DNA from: Octopus vulgaris
Lineage: Eukaryota
Direction: 5' to 3'
Assembly: GCA_951406725.2 (NCBI GenBank)
Contig: OX597815.1
Coordinates: forward strand, 62,310,001-62,374,000
DNA: 64,000 bases
Shown: in pieces, positions 32,001 through 45,741 of the stretch
How positions within the stretch are numbered: position 1 is the first letter of the stretch
Layout of the letters: each line of letters begins with the position of its first letter
The notes under the pieces: model-generated
Told to the model about the DNA's origin: nothing
The model's input: only the letters and a program-made list of their open reading frames with translations
Databases searched by the model: none
Made by a program: the position numbers and the translations under genes

Positions 32001-32079
32001 AAAGAGGTTCACGACATAATTTCTTATTCCCTTGTCATTTATTTAATTTCTTATATATATGTTTGTATATATACATACG

Positions 32080-32115
<36 letters not shown>

Positions 32116-32168
32116 TATATAAGTACACACATATATATATATATATATACGTATGTATATATACAAAC

Positions 32169-32216
<48 letters not shown>

Positions 32217-32346
32217 ATATGCATATATGTATTTATGTATAAATATACACAGGTGTATGTATAGATATAAGTTTTCACACACATGTGCGCACTCACACAC
32301 TCATAAAAACACGCACATACAAACACAAACCAAAGCTCACACACAG

Positions 32347-32381
<35 letters not shown>

Positions 32382-33113
32382 CGTGCATCTTACACGCACT
32401 TGGACACCGAACGATATTCCCGATAGAAATATATTTCATTCTAAATAGTGGCCTAAAAAACAAACGAAACGAAACTACAGAGGAAAAAAAATTTTTTTGC
32501 TATACTATTTATGATGTGTTGCCAATATATTTTCATATTTTACTGGACGTAAAATAATTTCTATAAAAAATTTATTTCAGAAAAGTGTTTTTCATACTTT
32601 CCCTTCAATTGGCTGAATTTTTTGAAGAAAAAATCTCATACATTTCTGCTTCATATCAACAAACTGGATTTTATTTAATTATTTTTGTTTTACCAAAATA
32701 CTTTGATAGGTTAGATTAGTTGCAAATTCCTTACATCTTTTATCACTGGCATCTAACGGAATTATGCTTTTTCTTCTTCGTCTTCCTCCAAATTTCGTGT
32801 TTGAAATTCTATTCCATAGTCCAATAACATAAAAACAAAAATTGTTCTTATATCGGTTTATTTCTCTATTCCCCGACTTATCAGATAAGTGAGTTGATCC
32901 CTCAAAACGTTTTCCACTAAAAATTTTCGATAAGGTAGGTCTATACATATATATCTATATATGTATGTATATTGTATATTTAATAGATATGTATATATAT
33001 ATATATATATGTGCGCTGTGTGTATATATACATGCATGTATGTATGTGCGCGTGTGTGTATGCTATATGTACGTATGTATTATTCCATAGTTTATCACAA
33101 AGATATAACTGAA

Positions 33114-33401
33114 CTAGCAGTATCGCCGGCGTTGCTCAGGTTTGTGGAAATAACTATAAAGCATTTTTAGAGTTATAGCCCCAAAAATGGAAAAAATGAT
33201 GGTAAATTTTTTTTGAGATTTAAAAGGTGGAGTTGCGTCCTAGACAGTTTGTGGTTCGTGTTTCTGATTCTCGACCCCATGTCGAATTTATCGATTTTTT
33301 GGGGAACTTTCAAAATAGTTTTGAATTATGACATTGGCAAAGATATACAAGCAAACAGACACACAGAAACACACACAGACAAACGTTTATATATAGAGAG
33401 A
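33114..33401 (-). mobile_element. Internally deleted copy of the Helitron at 20019
   Basis: Same termini and the GGTCGAGAATCAGAAACACGAACC block, with several internal deletions. Confidence 0.8.
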
Positions 33402-34112
33402 TTATTATAGCTGTCACCGGCCATACTTATTTATTTTTATCGAAGATATTCAAGTCGGTTTTATTTGCAGCAGTTTACTCATCAAATAGCTTTTGTCCAT
33501 ATATTTATCACCAATGTTTATATTATGAATTTCGACGATATGAAACAATATTTTCTTTCCCAAAACATACATAAAAATGTCTACAGAGTTTAGAAAACAC
33601 TTATGCAACTTCAAATTGTTGCTTCATTAGTTGTTCATTTCGGTTTTGCAAGGGAAAGAATCCTTTTGCCAGAAGTCATTATAATTGAATACTTTTCGTC
33701 AGTGAAGTAATCTTGCGTTTAATGGCATGAAATATATCAAATAATCTTCATACATTTATTTAAGCTAATTTTCTTTAAAATCCTTAATATTCGTATATAA
33801 CTGCAGTTTCGATTTGGTTGGCTCTCGTCAGTACGAAGCAACAAAGACTTGATTAATTACACTATATTATTTAATTATGGGAGATGAGAAAGGAGAAAAT
33901 ATCTTGGGAAATAGAAAATTAGAAATGATAAATGAATGTAATTCAAAGAAGGCTCAATACAAAATAAAGGTAACTGAAGAATGAACTCCTGCATGTATGT
34001 CGATATTTTCGTAGCCAAATATATGTAATACACTCTACTTAAATAAGGTCTTGTTGTTAAGTGTGGTATCGCCAATTGTTAAAACGATACTTTTTTTACA
34101 CTATAACCGTAT

Positions 34113-37100
34113 TGTAACAAAATATTTAACGAAGTAGGGTAACAACAATGTAACAATCCAACAAACTCTCTATGAACTAGACACGAACCAACAAATGATA
34201 TTCCGACAAACTACCAAAACGACACCTTACGACGTCCTGTAATTAACGCCTACTCTGTCTGTCATCTAAGATTGCTACTAATTATAGTCGTTCGGTCAAT
34301 CTATTCTACCAGGATTTGTCGTGACCCTCGACACACCATCCTCCTTTTTTGAAATTTCGACTTCCATAGGAAACGAAATTTATTTTATTTTATCATTATC
34401 ATTTTTTCCTTTCCAGCATCTCTCCTTTTTGAAATTTTGATTTTCCAGGGAGTTCAATGCCTTCTCCGCTTAGTTTGTTTGTGTTTTCTATTACTGCTCC
34501 TTCTAGGCTCAATCTCTTTTGGCGGTGGCACATCGAACATGTAAACACTTCCATTGGAATTTCCTTCCTTTCTTCCGTATATCTACTTTTTAATTGATGT
34601 AGGTGTCGTTTATGCTCCCATCGTTGGCTTTTTGTTACATACATCATGCTTCTAATTCTTTTAGTTAATATACCGTCCTCCTAACCTTCTTTGCCGTTTT
34701 TGTATATTTTGAAATGGACTTTGTCTCCCACATCAAAATGTTCAGTTGAATTGTTTGTATTTTCTCTATACGTTTATTTCTTCGGCAACAGTTTGTCGAA
34801 GATAGATTTTATCTTCCGAGTGAACATTAGCTTTACAGGTGACTTGCTTGAACTAGTATTCGGATTGGGCACTTTTTCTTTACATCCTTAAGAACTGAGT
34901 TAGCATTTCGTCATTTCCTAACTCGTTTCTTGCTTTTTTTAGTGCTCGCTTAAAAGTGTCTACGAATCGTTCTACCAGCTCATTTGATCTCGGGTGGGAT
35001 AAAAATGTGCTTGAGTGCATACATTTTGCATAAATTTTTGAAATTGTATCCGGTAAATTGTTTTCCATTTTCCAATACTATGGTGTTTGGAACACTGTAA
35101 CCAGCAAAAAATTGGTGCAGGAACTTTATTGTTAATTTTGAGGTTGGTTGACTGCACCTACATATTTCCGGCCATCTGGTAAAGCTATCAACCATGATCA
35201 AGTAGTACGCACCATTCACTAGTCCATATGTACGATTGGTATTTCGCCGGTGGTGCCTTGGTTGCTGGTGCACAACCTCTACATGATTTTACCAAATTTT
35301 CAATGTTCCGGTCCATTGTCAGTCAAAACACGTAACTCCTCATCAAGGCTTTCATTCTTGACATCCCCGGGTGTCCACTATGCAATTCATGTAATACACG
35401 TTTCTGTAGTGCAGTTAGTACTACTACTCTTTGTGTGTACATCAACACATTATCACACAGACAAAAATGGTTTCTCTTCAATTTTATAATGCATTTGTCC
35501 TCCACTGATTTACTATTTATATCTTGTACAGTCACTGGCAGCTCTTGACTGACATTGCACATAATGTTTTTAATTACTTTTTCTGATTGTAATGCGGCTA
35601 TCATCATATCTTCTAGCGGTTCCGGATTCTTCGGAATTAGCCTAGACGGCTAATCAGCATGGCCAATTTTCTTAGAAGGAATGTATTCTATCTTAAAGTC
35701 GTAATTCAACAATATTGAAGCTCAACAGGTAGGAATTCTTTCTTCAACCCCCAAATTGATAGTAACGGTCGGTGATCAGTTTGTAGCCTAAAACTACCGT
35801 ACAAAAATCTGTGAAATTTCTTCACAGCAAAAATAAGCGCAAGAGCTTCTTCCTCTATTTGGCTATAGCTTTACTCTGTGGCTATCAGAAATACGAGGCA
35901 TGAACCACCGCCTTCAAATTGCCGTCTTTATATTTGTGTAGCATTACTTCTCCTATGCCGTATTCAGAAGCGTCAGATGCTACAACAATCTCCGCTGCAG
36001 GATCGAAATGAGCCAACCACAAATCTGATATTAACACTTTTTTAAATATCGTCAAACGTGTTTTGATAATTATTTTACCAATTCCACTTCACATCTTTTT
36101 TTTTTAGCAAATTATTAAATGGAGCTATCAAATTATACATGTTTGGTATGTAATTTTGATAATAATTCGCTAGACCTAGAAAAACTTGTATGGTCGTTGT
36201 ATTAGTCGGAGGAGGAATATTTTTATTGCGTCTGCTCTCGATGGATCCGATTGTCTTCCATTTCTACCAATGATTTGTCCTAAATATTTAATTTAAGGCG
36301 AAGACCTTCATACATCTCACTAAGTGTGAAATAGTTATCTCATATTTTTTCAAAAACACACTTTACATGCTCGACATGCTTATCATGAAATTCACTTTTA
36401 ATTAATACATCATCCAGGTATGCAATTGCAAATTTACGGTCTGCAAATACCACATCCATAACCTGTTGAAAAATTGCAGGTGCGTCATTTAGACCAAAAG
36501 ATAATCTATTACATTTATAAAGTCCTTTATGCGTATTCAATGATAAAAATTTCGAGCATTGCTCGTCTATTTTAATTTATAGGTACGCATCAGACAGATC
36601 TAGTTTCGAAAACATCTTGCCACCGTTTGATTCTGCAAAAATATCCTCCGGAGTAGGTAGCGGATAGTGGTACAATTTTAGACAGTTATTGAAACCAGTA
36701 GAAAGATAGGCATACACCCCGATTTTGTTATTTTTTATATACACACAATTGGTGCTGTCCATTTAGAATAATCCACTTTTTGAATAGTACCATTTTTTTT
36801 ACCTAGTCTGTCTAATTCTTCATCTACCTGTTTTATTGCAGCAAAAGGTACCTTTCTACTGAGTTCGAACACAGGTGCGACGTTTTCATATATCTGGAAA
36901 CACGCCTCATGCTTAGTACAGAGACCTAATTTATCCGACAGTAATTCAGGGAACAAGTTTTTTAATTTTTTCTTCAATTCATCTGATGAGTTATTTTTAC
37001 AGGTGGGACGGCCATTTATTTTTTTTACAGTACAGTCTTATGGGGAGGTCAAACAACTCCATCCAGTTCATACCGAACAGACTGGTGGCATTTTTTTAAC

Positions 37101-38440
37101 ACGAAAACTTTTGCTCTACAGGTTTTACCATGAAATGTAATATCGCTCCACATTTCGCGTACAAAGCGTAGTTTTTCACCTGTCACGCCTCGTACAATTT
37201 TCGATGCTTTTCTTAACGTAGGTTGCTCAATACTTTTCCTCGTGTCAGTATCAATAATCGAAATGTCACTACCAGTATCTAGTTGTAATTTAATATTTAC
37301 TTCGTTTACTTTTACATGTACAAATTTTCTCTTCTTGGAGTCGTTTCTACTTTCCGTTGAGAAAAGTTTAGAATGTTTTATATTCGACTTTTTTAACTTT
37401 GCTCTGCAATGTGAGCTCTTGTGTTCTATCTTTTAGCAACTGTAACATGTCCGCATTTTGAAAGGACAGTTCTTCATAAAATGAAGGCCTTACATCCGTA
37501 GTATGGGTTTGATCCTAATATCTTTTTTGTTTATTCCTTTCCGGTCGACATGCCTGTACTTGTGAGAAATCCTTCTCTTCAATTGTATTATCCTGTTGCA
37601 AGTTTACCGTTCTTTGACAATCTTCTGCAACTATCTTCATGGTTAAACTCTGGTCTGCTGGTTCAAGTTTTGTGAGAATCCTTGCACGTATCTTCGCATC
37701 TTTGTTTGCCGTCAGCCCTTGTACAAAAATGAGGCACTTAAACATATCAGGAGTTACTTCCTTCAGTTTAAACATTTCGCACATTCTGTTTACGGTCCCG
37801 GCATACGTGACAAAGTCTTCATCCTCTCTTTTAACTAGATCCAACACTCCCATCGAGTGTTAAATAGAGAACTATTATCACTGAACATTTTTGATAGTAA
37901 TTCGACTGTTTCCTGGAAACAAATTTCATTAGATTTTTGGGTTAGTATACATTTACGTAATTATAGTCTAACCTTTTCCTCGTCCGTTTACGACTTGTAA
38001 TCTTCCCAGAAGATTTCTTCATACCATCTGAAGTACGATGCAAGCATTATACCATTCGCTACGCCGTCTGGCGAAAGCGAACTTGCAGTGTTTCCAAATT
38101 TCTTCATTAATTTCAGCAACTGCTGTTCGACTCTCAAGTACTGTGGTTCGACTCTTGGTGCTGTTGTTCGACTCTTGATTATTGTTGTTCGACTCTTGAG
38201 TACTATTGTTTGACTCTTGATTACTGTTGTTCAACTCTTGAGTGATGTTGTTTGACTTTCTGCTGTTGTACTTTTGCTGCTGTTGCTGTTGCTTTTTCAA
38301 CTGCATTATAGAAGCTAATAAGTCTTCCATAATTAACGACTTTGCATCACAAACATTTGTTAACTGATCTACGTGGGTTCGAATCCTCGCCGCCAATATT
38401 GGGGCATCACCAAAGCAGAGTAACAACAATGTAACAAGAA
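34113..38440 (-). mobile_element. Decayed Ty3/Gypsy LTR retrotransposon (Mag-like PBS)
   Basis: Order gag (37515-38100), Zn knuckle (~37400-37510), protease LQLD (~37280), RT (SKLDLSDAY, FGL..APAIFQ, YLDD), RNase H (ASDASEYGIG), integrase (LHSGHPG, VDSF.RWPE, VERFV.TFK). PPT 34336-34350; 3' LTR ~34113-34335 (TG..CA); PBS TGGCGGCGAGGAT. Confidence 0.93.
38120..38265 (-). repeat. 21-bp tandem repeat in the gag N-terminus
   Basis: About 6 diverged GTTCGACTCTTG-containing units with a 21-bp (7-codon) period. Confidence 0.75.
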
Positions 38441-39010
38441 CCCATGATATGGTAGAAGCCATAGTTACTCATAATAAAAAGGAGTAAAGGTGGAATGTCC
38501 CAGTGAAGACCTCAATAAAATGTAAGCACAGAAATTAGGCTTCTCAAAACCAGAAAGAAGAAAACTAATTCCAATCCATCACTGGAACTGTAAAAATCTG
38601 TAAAACTTTCCAGAAGTTTATCATTTAAATATATATGAACGTGTCTAGATATGCAACTATATGCATAAGAATACATAAAGCAAAACATACAAATCTGCAC
38701 ATATACATACATACATAGAAAGAAAAATACCCTGTTGTTGATGCTGAAATCCCAGTGTTTGTTGTGTGTGAGTGTTATTGTTGTGTATGTGTGTGTGTGT
38801 GTGTGTTTTTGTTGTGTATGTGTGCGTGTGTGTGTGTCTTTTTGTTGTGTACGTGTGTGTATGTTTTTGTTGTGTATGTGTGTGCGTGTGTGTGTTTGTT
38901 GTGTGTTTGTGTGTTATTGTTGTGTATGTGTGTGTGTGTGTGTTTTTTGTTGTGTATGTGTGCGTGTGTGTGTGTGTCTTTTTGTTGTGTATGTGTGTGT
39001 GTTTTTGTTG

Positions 39011-39177
39011 TTGTTGTGTATGTGTGCGTGTGTTGTGTATCTCTTAAATCGATGAATTTCGTCGCCCAATAAAAATATTAACGATATTTTTTGAACTTTA
39101 ATATCGTTAATATTTTTATTGGGCGACGAGATTCATCGATTTAAGAGATGCACAACACACGCACACATACACAACAA
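39011..39177. repeat. Near-perfect palindrome, 78-bp arms, 11-nt loop
   Basis: Arms 39011-39088 and 39100-39177 with 2 mismatches; inverted GT/AC minisatellite flanks extend it. Confidence 0.92.
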
Positions 39178-40694
39178 TAACACACACACACACACACACA
39201 ACAAACACACACACGCACACATATACACAACAAAAACACACGCACACAGGTAATCGGTCCGTAAGTCAGGGATGACATTGAAATAAACATGGGAGAAGCC
39301 TTTGAAGACAGAAGACTGATAAGGATGAATAACGCGGCAGCAATGAATTGAGCTCAAAACAGAGAATACGATTGGTTAAAATTCGAAGAATTAAACTACG
39401 TAAAAGTTGCAAAATACATTTTTCTCAAAAAAACTAATTGAAATTAATGTTTTCTTTTGACACATTCTACCAATATACGAAGTTTCAAATTATTTAGTTA
39501 AGTAGAAATTCTGTCCATCTTTTAGAAAAGATCCTGCGTATGTTGTAATATCTGCATGTGTGCATGTGAATATGTATGTGCATATGTATGTGTGTATCTG
39601 TGTATGTATTTGCGTATGTTGTAATATCTGCATGTGTGCGTGTGAATATGTATGTGCATATGTATGTGTATATGTGTGTATGTGTGTGCGTGTTTGCATG
39701 CCCGCTTGTGTGTGTGTGTGTGTGTGTGCGAGTTTGATTGTGTGTTTGTGTGTGTGTGTGTAACGGCGAAGAAGGGAAAGAAATAATAACTGAAAGAAAA
39801 GAATAAAGAATAGAAAAGTGAAGACAAAAAGTGGCAACATAAAAAGAAGAAAAGAAAGAATGGAAGTCAACGAAAGGAGGAAAAAAGAAGAAAGATTAGT
39901 AGAAACAAGGAAGGATGTAAAAAAAAACAATGTCTGTTGTGGATTGTTTAAATGTTGGGCAAGGTCAGACATATTGTCTACATGTGACCTAGTAAAGAGG
40001 AAGGAAGAGAGAAGATTAAAAGAGAAAGAGAAAGAAAGAGAAAGAGAGAAAGAAAAAGAAGGAAAGAGGGGAGGAGGGAAGAGAGACTTTCTGTCTCTGA
40101 CACACGTAGACACACGCATACACACGCATACAGACACATACTCGTACTCACGTATACATGTATAATTACATTTCATAAACAGAAGAAATTCATCAATGTA
40201 GGGTGCTTTTGTATTTGAATGTGTGCGTATGTATAAACATATACGTATATAAGTATACATACATACATACATATATATATATATAAACCTAGACTATATG
40301 TGTGTCTATGCTTGTACACACACACACACGCACATACATATACATATACATACATATAAATATGTATGTATGTCTATGTATGTATATGTATATGTATGTG
40401 CGTGTGTGTGTATACATACATATAAATATGTATGTATGTCTATGTATGTATATGTATGTGTGTGTATGTGTGTGTGTACAAGCATAGACACATACACACA
40501 TATAGTCTAGGTTTTCCAAATAGGAGAGATAGAGAACATATACGTTTGACATAAGATTTGACACGAAACTATGGACACTTAAGTCACTTCTAGGTTTTAA
40601 AGCAAAAAAAATTGTGCGTCTCTCTTTCTCTCCCTCTCTCTATACATGCATACATACATACACACATACACACATTCACACACACACATTCATT

Positions 40695-40728
<34 letters not shown>

Positions 40729-40812
40729 CATATACATATACATATATAGATAAACTTTCAGAATGAGATAAAAATCCAAGGCTGTGAAAGATTTTAAAAC
40801 ATTTATAAATAG

Positions 40813-40860
40813 GTCTTACAGCTGTTTCCGGGATATTTTATATATCCCTTTTTCGGAGAC
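40813..40860 (-). ncRNA. Hammerhead ribozyme motif, same subtype as 1816, core mutated
   Basis: Minus strand GTCT-CCGAAAAA-GGGATAT(ataaa)ATATCCC-G-GAAAC-AGCT-GTA-AGAC; stems I, II and palindromic III intact; G8 lost. Confidence 0.65.
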
Positions 40861-41319
40861 AGTGTGAGAAAATGGTTAAGCAATAGTTATTTTAGATAAG
40901 ATATGAAATAGAGAGTGAAGTGGAGGAATGAAAATACACGTAAGATATGCAGGGATATTGCATCCGTAGATACATTAGTTAGGCAGAATGGTATACATAT
41001 AATATTCCAGTACCAATCACTGAACCTGGAGCTTAACTATAGTCTGTCCATAGCACTTACTCAGCATTATCTGACACCTTTGGGTCTTATTGACACCATT
41101 ACCTCTCATAACCACAATGTATATATATATATATATACATACATACATATATACGTAATTATGTACATATATATATATATATATATACAAAAAGCAATAA
41201 AGATTCAAGTTAATTTAAATGAATTTACTTGAATATGGTACCTAACTTAGATGCACAAAAAAAAACTATACTGATTTAACAATACAGTAATGTATATTAT
41301 AGAGAATGAAGCAACAAGA

Positions 41320-41388
41320 ATGGATAGGTTTAGTACAATCGTTTCATACAATGTCCTTGTATGAAACGATTGTATAAAACCTATCCAT
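41320..41388. repeat. Hairpin, ~32-bp stem, 5-nt loop
   Basis: ATGGATAGGTTTAGTACAATCGTTTCATACAA-tgtcc-TTGTATGAAACGATTGTATAAAACCTATCCAT. Confidence 0.88.
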
Positions 41389-41395
41389 CATTCTG

Positions 41396-41466
<71 letters not shown>

Positions 41467-41504
41467 TACATGCATACATACATACACACACACACACAGA
41501 CACA

Positions 41505-41570
<66 letters not shown>

Positions 41571-41665
41571 ATTTTGATTTTGTCTTGACGAGTTCGATAA
41601 ACGAACGAAAGCCGTAAGAATTATTCAAAATTGTGTGACTGCCTCCTTTTTCGCAATATGCAATA

Positions 41666-43126
41666 TCTATACATACATACATACATACATATAAACACGC
41701 ATACATACATGCATGCATGCATACATACATACACACACACACATACATAAATGGCAATTTCTGTCTGTCTGTTACCATCTTATTGCCTAAACTAGCGAAC
41801 CAATATTTATGAAACTTTGCATACATGTTGCACTAACATCCAATTCAATAATAGGTGAAATGGATTTCAATAAAAATCTATAATGTTGGGTGAATTTTAT
41901 GATAAAAGGAGAAGGTTGCAAAAAGTATTAGCCGGAGGGAAAGGTGGTAGCAGAGAGCAGGGAAGCCAAGAACAGCGGTGGCAATGGGATATTAACGTTA
42001 ATACAGCTGTCATATACACGCGGCACTATATACATACTTTCAAAAATACATAGATAAAAGATACACACACAAAGAAAAGTGGGTGTGAGGAATACGTAGC
42101 TTTAAGGAGAGATGTGGTGGGTTGATTTTCTGCTGTCCATCGCAGAGAAACACTCACACACAGACACGCAGACATACATATATATATACATACATACATA
42201 TGTCTACTTTACACACTTTCTGAACTCGTGATTACCTGTGTGTACGTTTGTAAGTGTGTGTGTGTTTCGTAGGTTCTTCCCTGTTGCTGTCACATATTGT
42301 GAGATTTTAACTCTACGTCAAAATTTTCAAATTTGGTATATTGAAATAATTTTCCTCGTTAAGTCCGACTTTGTTATTTATTTGTTCCTACTATCAAAAT
42401 GAATTATAGACGAATTGCATTTCAACAAAAATCTATAATGGGCCCCCCAGGGACTGGGGTTGTAGCACATATTTACAACTCAGCTACGATAAGCTACGAC
42501 ACACGATAACGCCAGCTACAATACGCGCACTTTTTGTCAATGTATTTGCAAATCTGTCTATTTATCTCATTTATTTTACTCAGATGCACATTCGTTTGTT
42601 AAAATAATATAGGGACATTCCTTATTCAAACACTAATCGAATTAATAGTTTGTAATACCTATTTTTAGCAATAAACTATTACCGTAAACGATGGGTTGAG
42701 CATAAAGACGGGAACTGAACAGGAAACGGGATAGGACATGGAACAGTGCAATGGTAAACAGGAAATGGGGATAACCTCCGCTTTTCCGGTATTACTGGTC
42801 AACTCATTTATTTTACTCAGATGCACATTCGTTTGTTAACATAATATAGGGAGATTCCTAATTCAAACACTAATCGTATTAATAGTTTGTAATACCTAGT
42901 TTTAGCAATAAACTATTACCATAAAGGTTAATAAAATGTTTAATATCTTAATTACATCTATCTGATTCTAAAATTTATATATTGACACAGGTTTAGGGAT
43001 AAGAATGGGAGCGGAACTAAAACGGGAACTGAACAGGGAACGAGATAGGACATGAAACAGTGTAATAGTAAACAGGAACTGGAAATAACCACCGCTGTTC
43101 CGGGTATTACCGAGCAACTCAGCTAG
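41666..43126 (+). mobile_element. Non-autonomous Helitron with duplicated subterminal block
   Basis: (TGTC)n near the 5' end, ATGAAACTTTGCATACATG motif, 3' CGGGTATTACCG and CTAG then T; direct duplication ~42566-42802 / ~42803-43120. Confidence 0.7.
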
Positions 43127-43189
43127 TATATATATATGCACACATATAAACTTCTGAAAAAGTACTTGATAAGCAAAAATAACAACCCT

Positions 43190-43380
43190 TTATTCTATAG
43201 GCACAAAGCCTGAAATTTCGGGAGAGGGAGGAAGTCAATTGCATCGACCCCAGTGCTCGACTGGTACTTATTTCATTGAGTCCGAAAGAATGAAAGGAAT
43301 TGAACTCAGAACGTAAAGACGGACGAAATGTCGCTAAGCATTTTGTCCAACGCGTTAACGATTCTACCAGCCCACCACCT
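43190..43380 (-). mobile_element. SINE family C
   Basis: CTGGTACTTATTT...GAATGAAAGG...TTGAACTCAGAACGTAA...CGCTAAGCATTT. Confidence 0.75.
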
Positions 43381-45504
43381 CGGAGAAATCAGATAATAAT
43401 TCTTATTACTATAGGCACAAATTTCAACTAAGAGCAGCAAGATACTTTGGCATTAATTCATTGAGAAGATGCAGCCGTCAAAATCTGGAAATGTTCAGGA
43501 TGGATTTGGAGACTTCACTGTTCGAAACCAACAATAAGAAACCTTGACATTCCGTGGTTACTTCAATGTCACTCGACACCACTGAGGTGTGGGGGTGCAT
43601 ACATTTAGGAATATACCCTTATAGATGTGAGCTCCATTTGAAGTCACGTGGTTTAGAGCACAGGTTATTTCAGCAAGTTGGAAGAAGGTTCAAACCGGCT
43701 GGTTTTGACAACGGTTTGATACAATTATTGATCGAATATGTTGGTGCCAGCTCTTTTACTGATATTAATTTCATGTTTCGAAATAGTGTCTAACATGTTC
43801 TCTGAGTTGTTACTTAATAATTCTAAAGATTCTTCTGTCCATTAATTGATGTCACAAGTGTCAGAGGATGTTGTTCAATTATTGCACCGTTATATAACAA
43901 CCATAAACTTGTTGGTATTGTTCGTTTATGAATCCCAGTTATCGATGAGAATTGACAATCCGGAAGACGATCGGAAATTCTGTTCTACAACTCTTAAAAA
44001 TTGAGCATGTCTCACGAGCATTAATATTTCCACTTCCAGTCAAAACAATAAAACAAAATTGGAGGCTGAAAAATCGCTGCGTTTATTACAAATTTTATTC
44101 TTTCTCTCGTGTTCCATAATCTTAAATCTAGTTGATCACCAAGTCTACAACCGAAGATATGGTCTTATGGAGCTTGTAGTTATTAAGGACAGCTTGGATG
44201 GTCACACCATAAAAGTCTCTAGCAACCGACCAAAATTGCAAGAATTTGTATTTTGTCACAGCACACTATATTCACAATGTTTAATTCACAAACAGCTCAG
44301 TTTACCTGGCTGTACACAGGTAATGTAGATTAGGAACTATCTCACCATATTCTTTAGTAGAGATTGAACTGTATATCTTTAACTCTTCTTCCACTTTTTG
44401 ATGCCCAATTTCACGTTGATTGTGGATAGAATTTGAACGGAAACGGACACTGCCAAGCTGATTTTATGCTATTATAATATTGTGTTTTGAGAAAAATTCG
44501 TTCGTTCTTTTCTTTTTACTTAGAACGCCATTGCTATATATCTAAAACGAAGTAAAATATATACGAATCCCCCCCCCCCAAAAAAAAAAGATTAACAAAG
44601 GATGTAGAGGAAGAGTACAGCAATAAAAAAGAAACAAACAAAAATCTTTTCGCGTTGACTCCAATAATACTGACAAGGTTTAAAGTAAATTTTAAAAAAA
44701 TGATATACCAAGACGCAATCATTGTTGATCCTTTAACAGCACAAGAAGTGAGATCAATATATGTGAAGCATACAGCCATTAAAAGTTTTTTCTTTATGAA
44801 GCTTAATCAACAGATTTTGGTTACAAGTACTTTTGGTTCTTTAAGTAGACGATAAGTCTTTAAGTTGCCTTACCACCGATATTTTCTTTAAATATTCTCT
44901 CCATTTACTAAGAACCTAAAATTATTAGTCCACTGAATCAAATATGTTACGGTTGAAATATCACTTACGTCGAATTTATCTTTCCCACCAGATTTGTTAA
45001 AACCTGTTATGTTCGGAAGTCGAGCAACATGAAATGATACAGAGCCGAAACAATTGGCGATGTGATATGCTTGAGAAGACCCACCCTGCAAAGTAAAATC
45101 TATGTTCATGACTCCCTCCTTCTCCCACAACTCACCCAAGCTCACCATCGCCATTTCCCCCATCCCTCCATTCTCCTTCATGTGTCCAGCTACCTACTTG
45201 CACACAAATCTCTTCCCTTCTCCCCATCTCTAGCTTCCATTCTCCTTTCGAAATCTTGTGAACTTACCAACCTACACACCCTCTCCAATCTCTGGTTCAC
45301 ATCAGTATATATACTAGCCCGCAACTTGGATGTACGGCCCCTTACTCCTTTTTGTCACTCCTTCACCATCTTCCTCTCCTCTCTCTCTTCTCCATCTGAA
45401 GTAACCATGTTTCTCTTCTAATGCAAGACATTTTTCTGTTTCTTAATACAGCAACCATCAGTTGACGGATCTTGCCCTGCAAGTTAGATGGTACCCTTAC
45501 AGCT

Positions 45505-45699
45505 GCTGGCACCATGTAAAAAAGCACCCAGTTCACTCTGTAAAGTGGTTAGCATTAGGAAGGGCATCCAACCATAGAAACCACGGCAAGGCAAGCAGCA
45601 GAACTTGATGCAGTCTTGCTTGCTCTTGTCAAACCGTCCTTCCTATGCCAGCATGGAAAAAGAACGTTGAATGATGAGGAGGAGGATGACGACGATGAT

Positions 45700-45700
<1 letters not shown>
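45505..45700 (+). mobile_element. SINE 3' segment with (GAT) tail
   Basis: AGGAAGGGCATCCA.CC.TAGAAAC...ATGCCAGCATGGAAAAAGAACGTTGAATGATGA. Confidence 0.55.

Positions 45701-45741
<41 letters not shown>

Noticed and set aside
38120-38265. CRISPR-like array
   Set aside because: No unique spacers and no cas genes; eukaryotic retroelement context.
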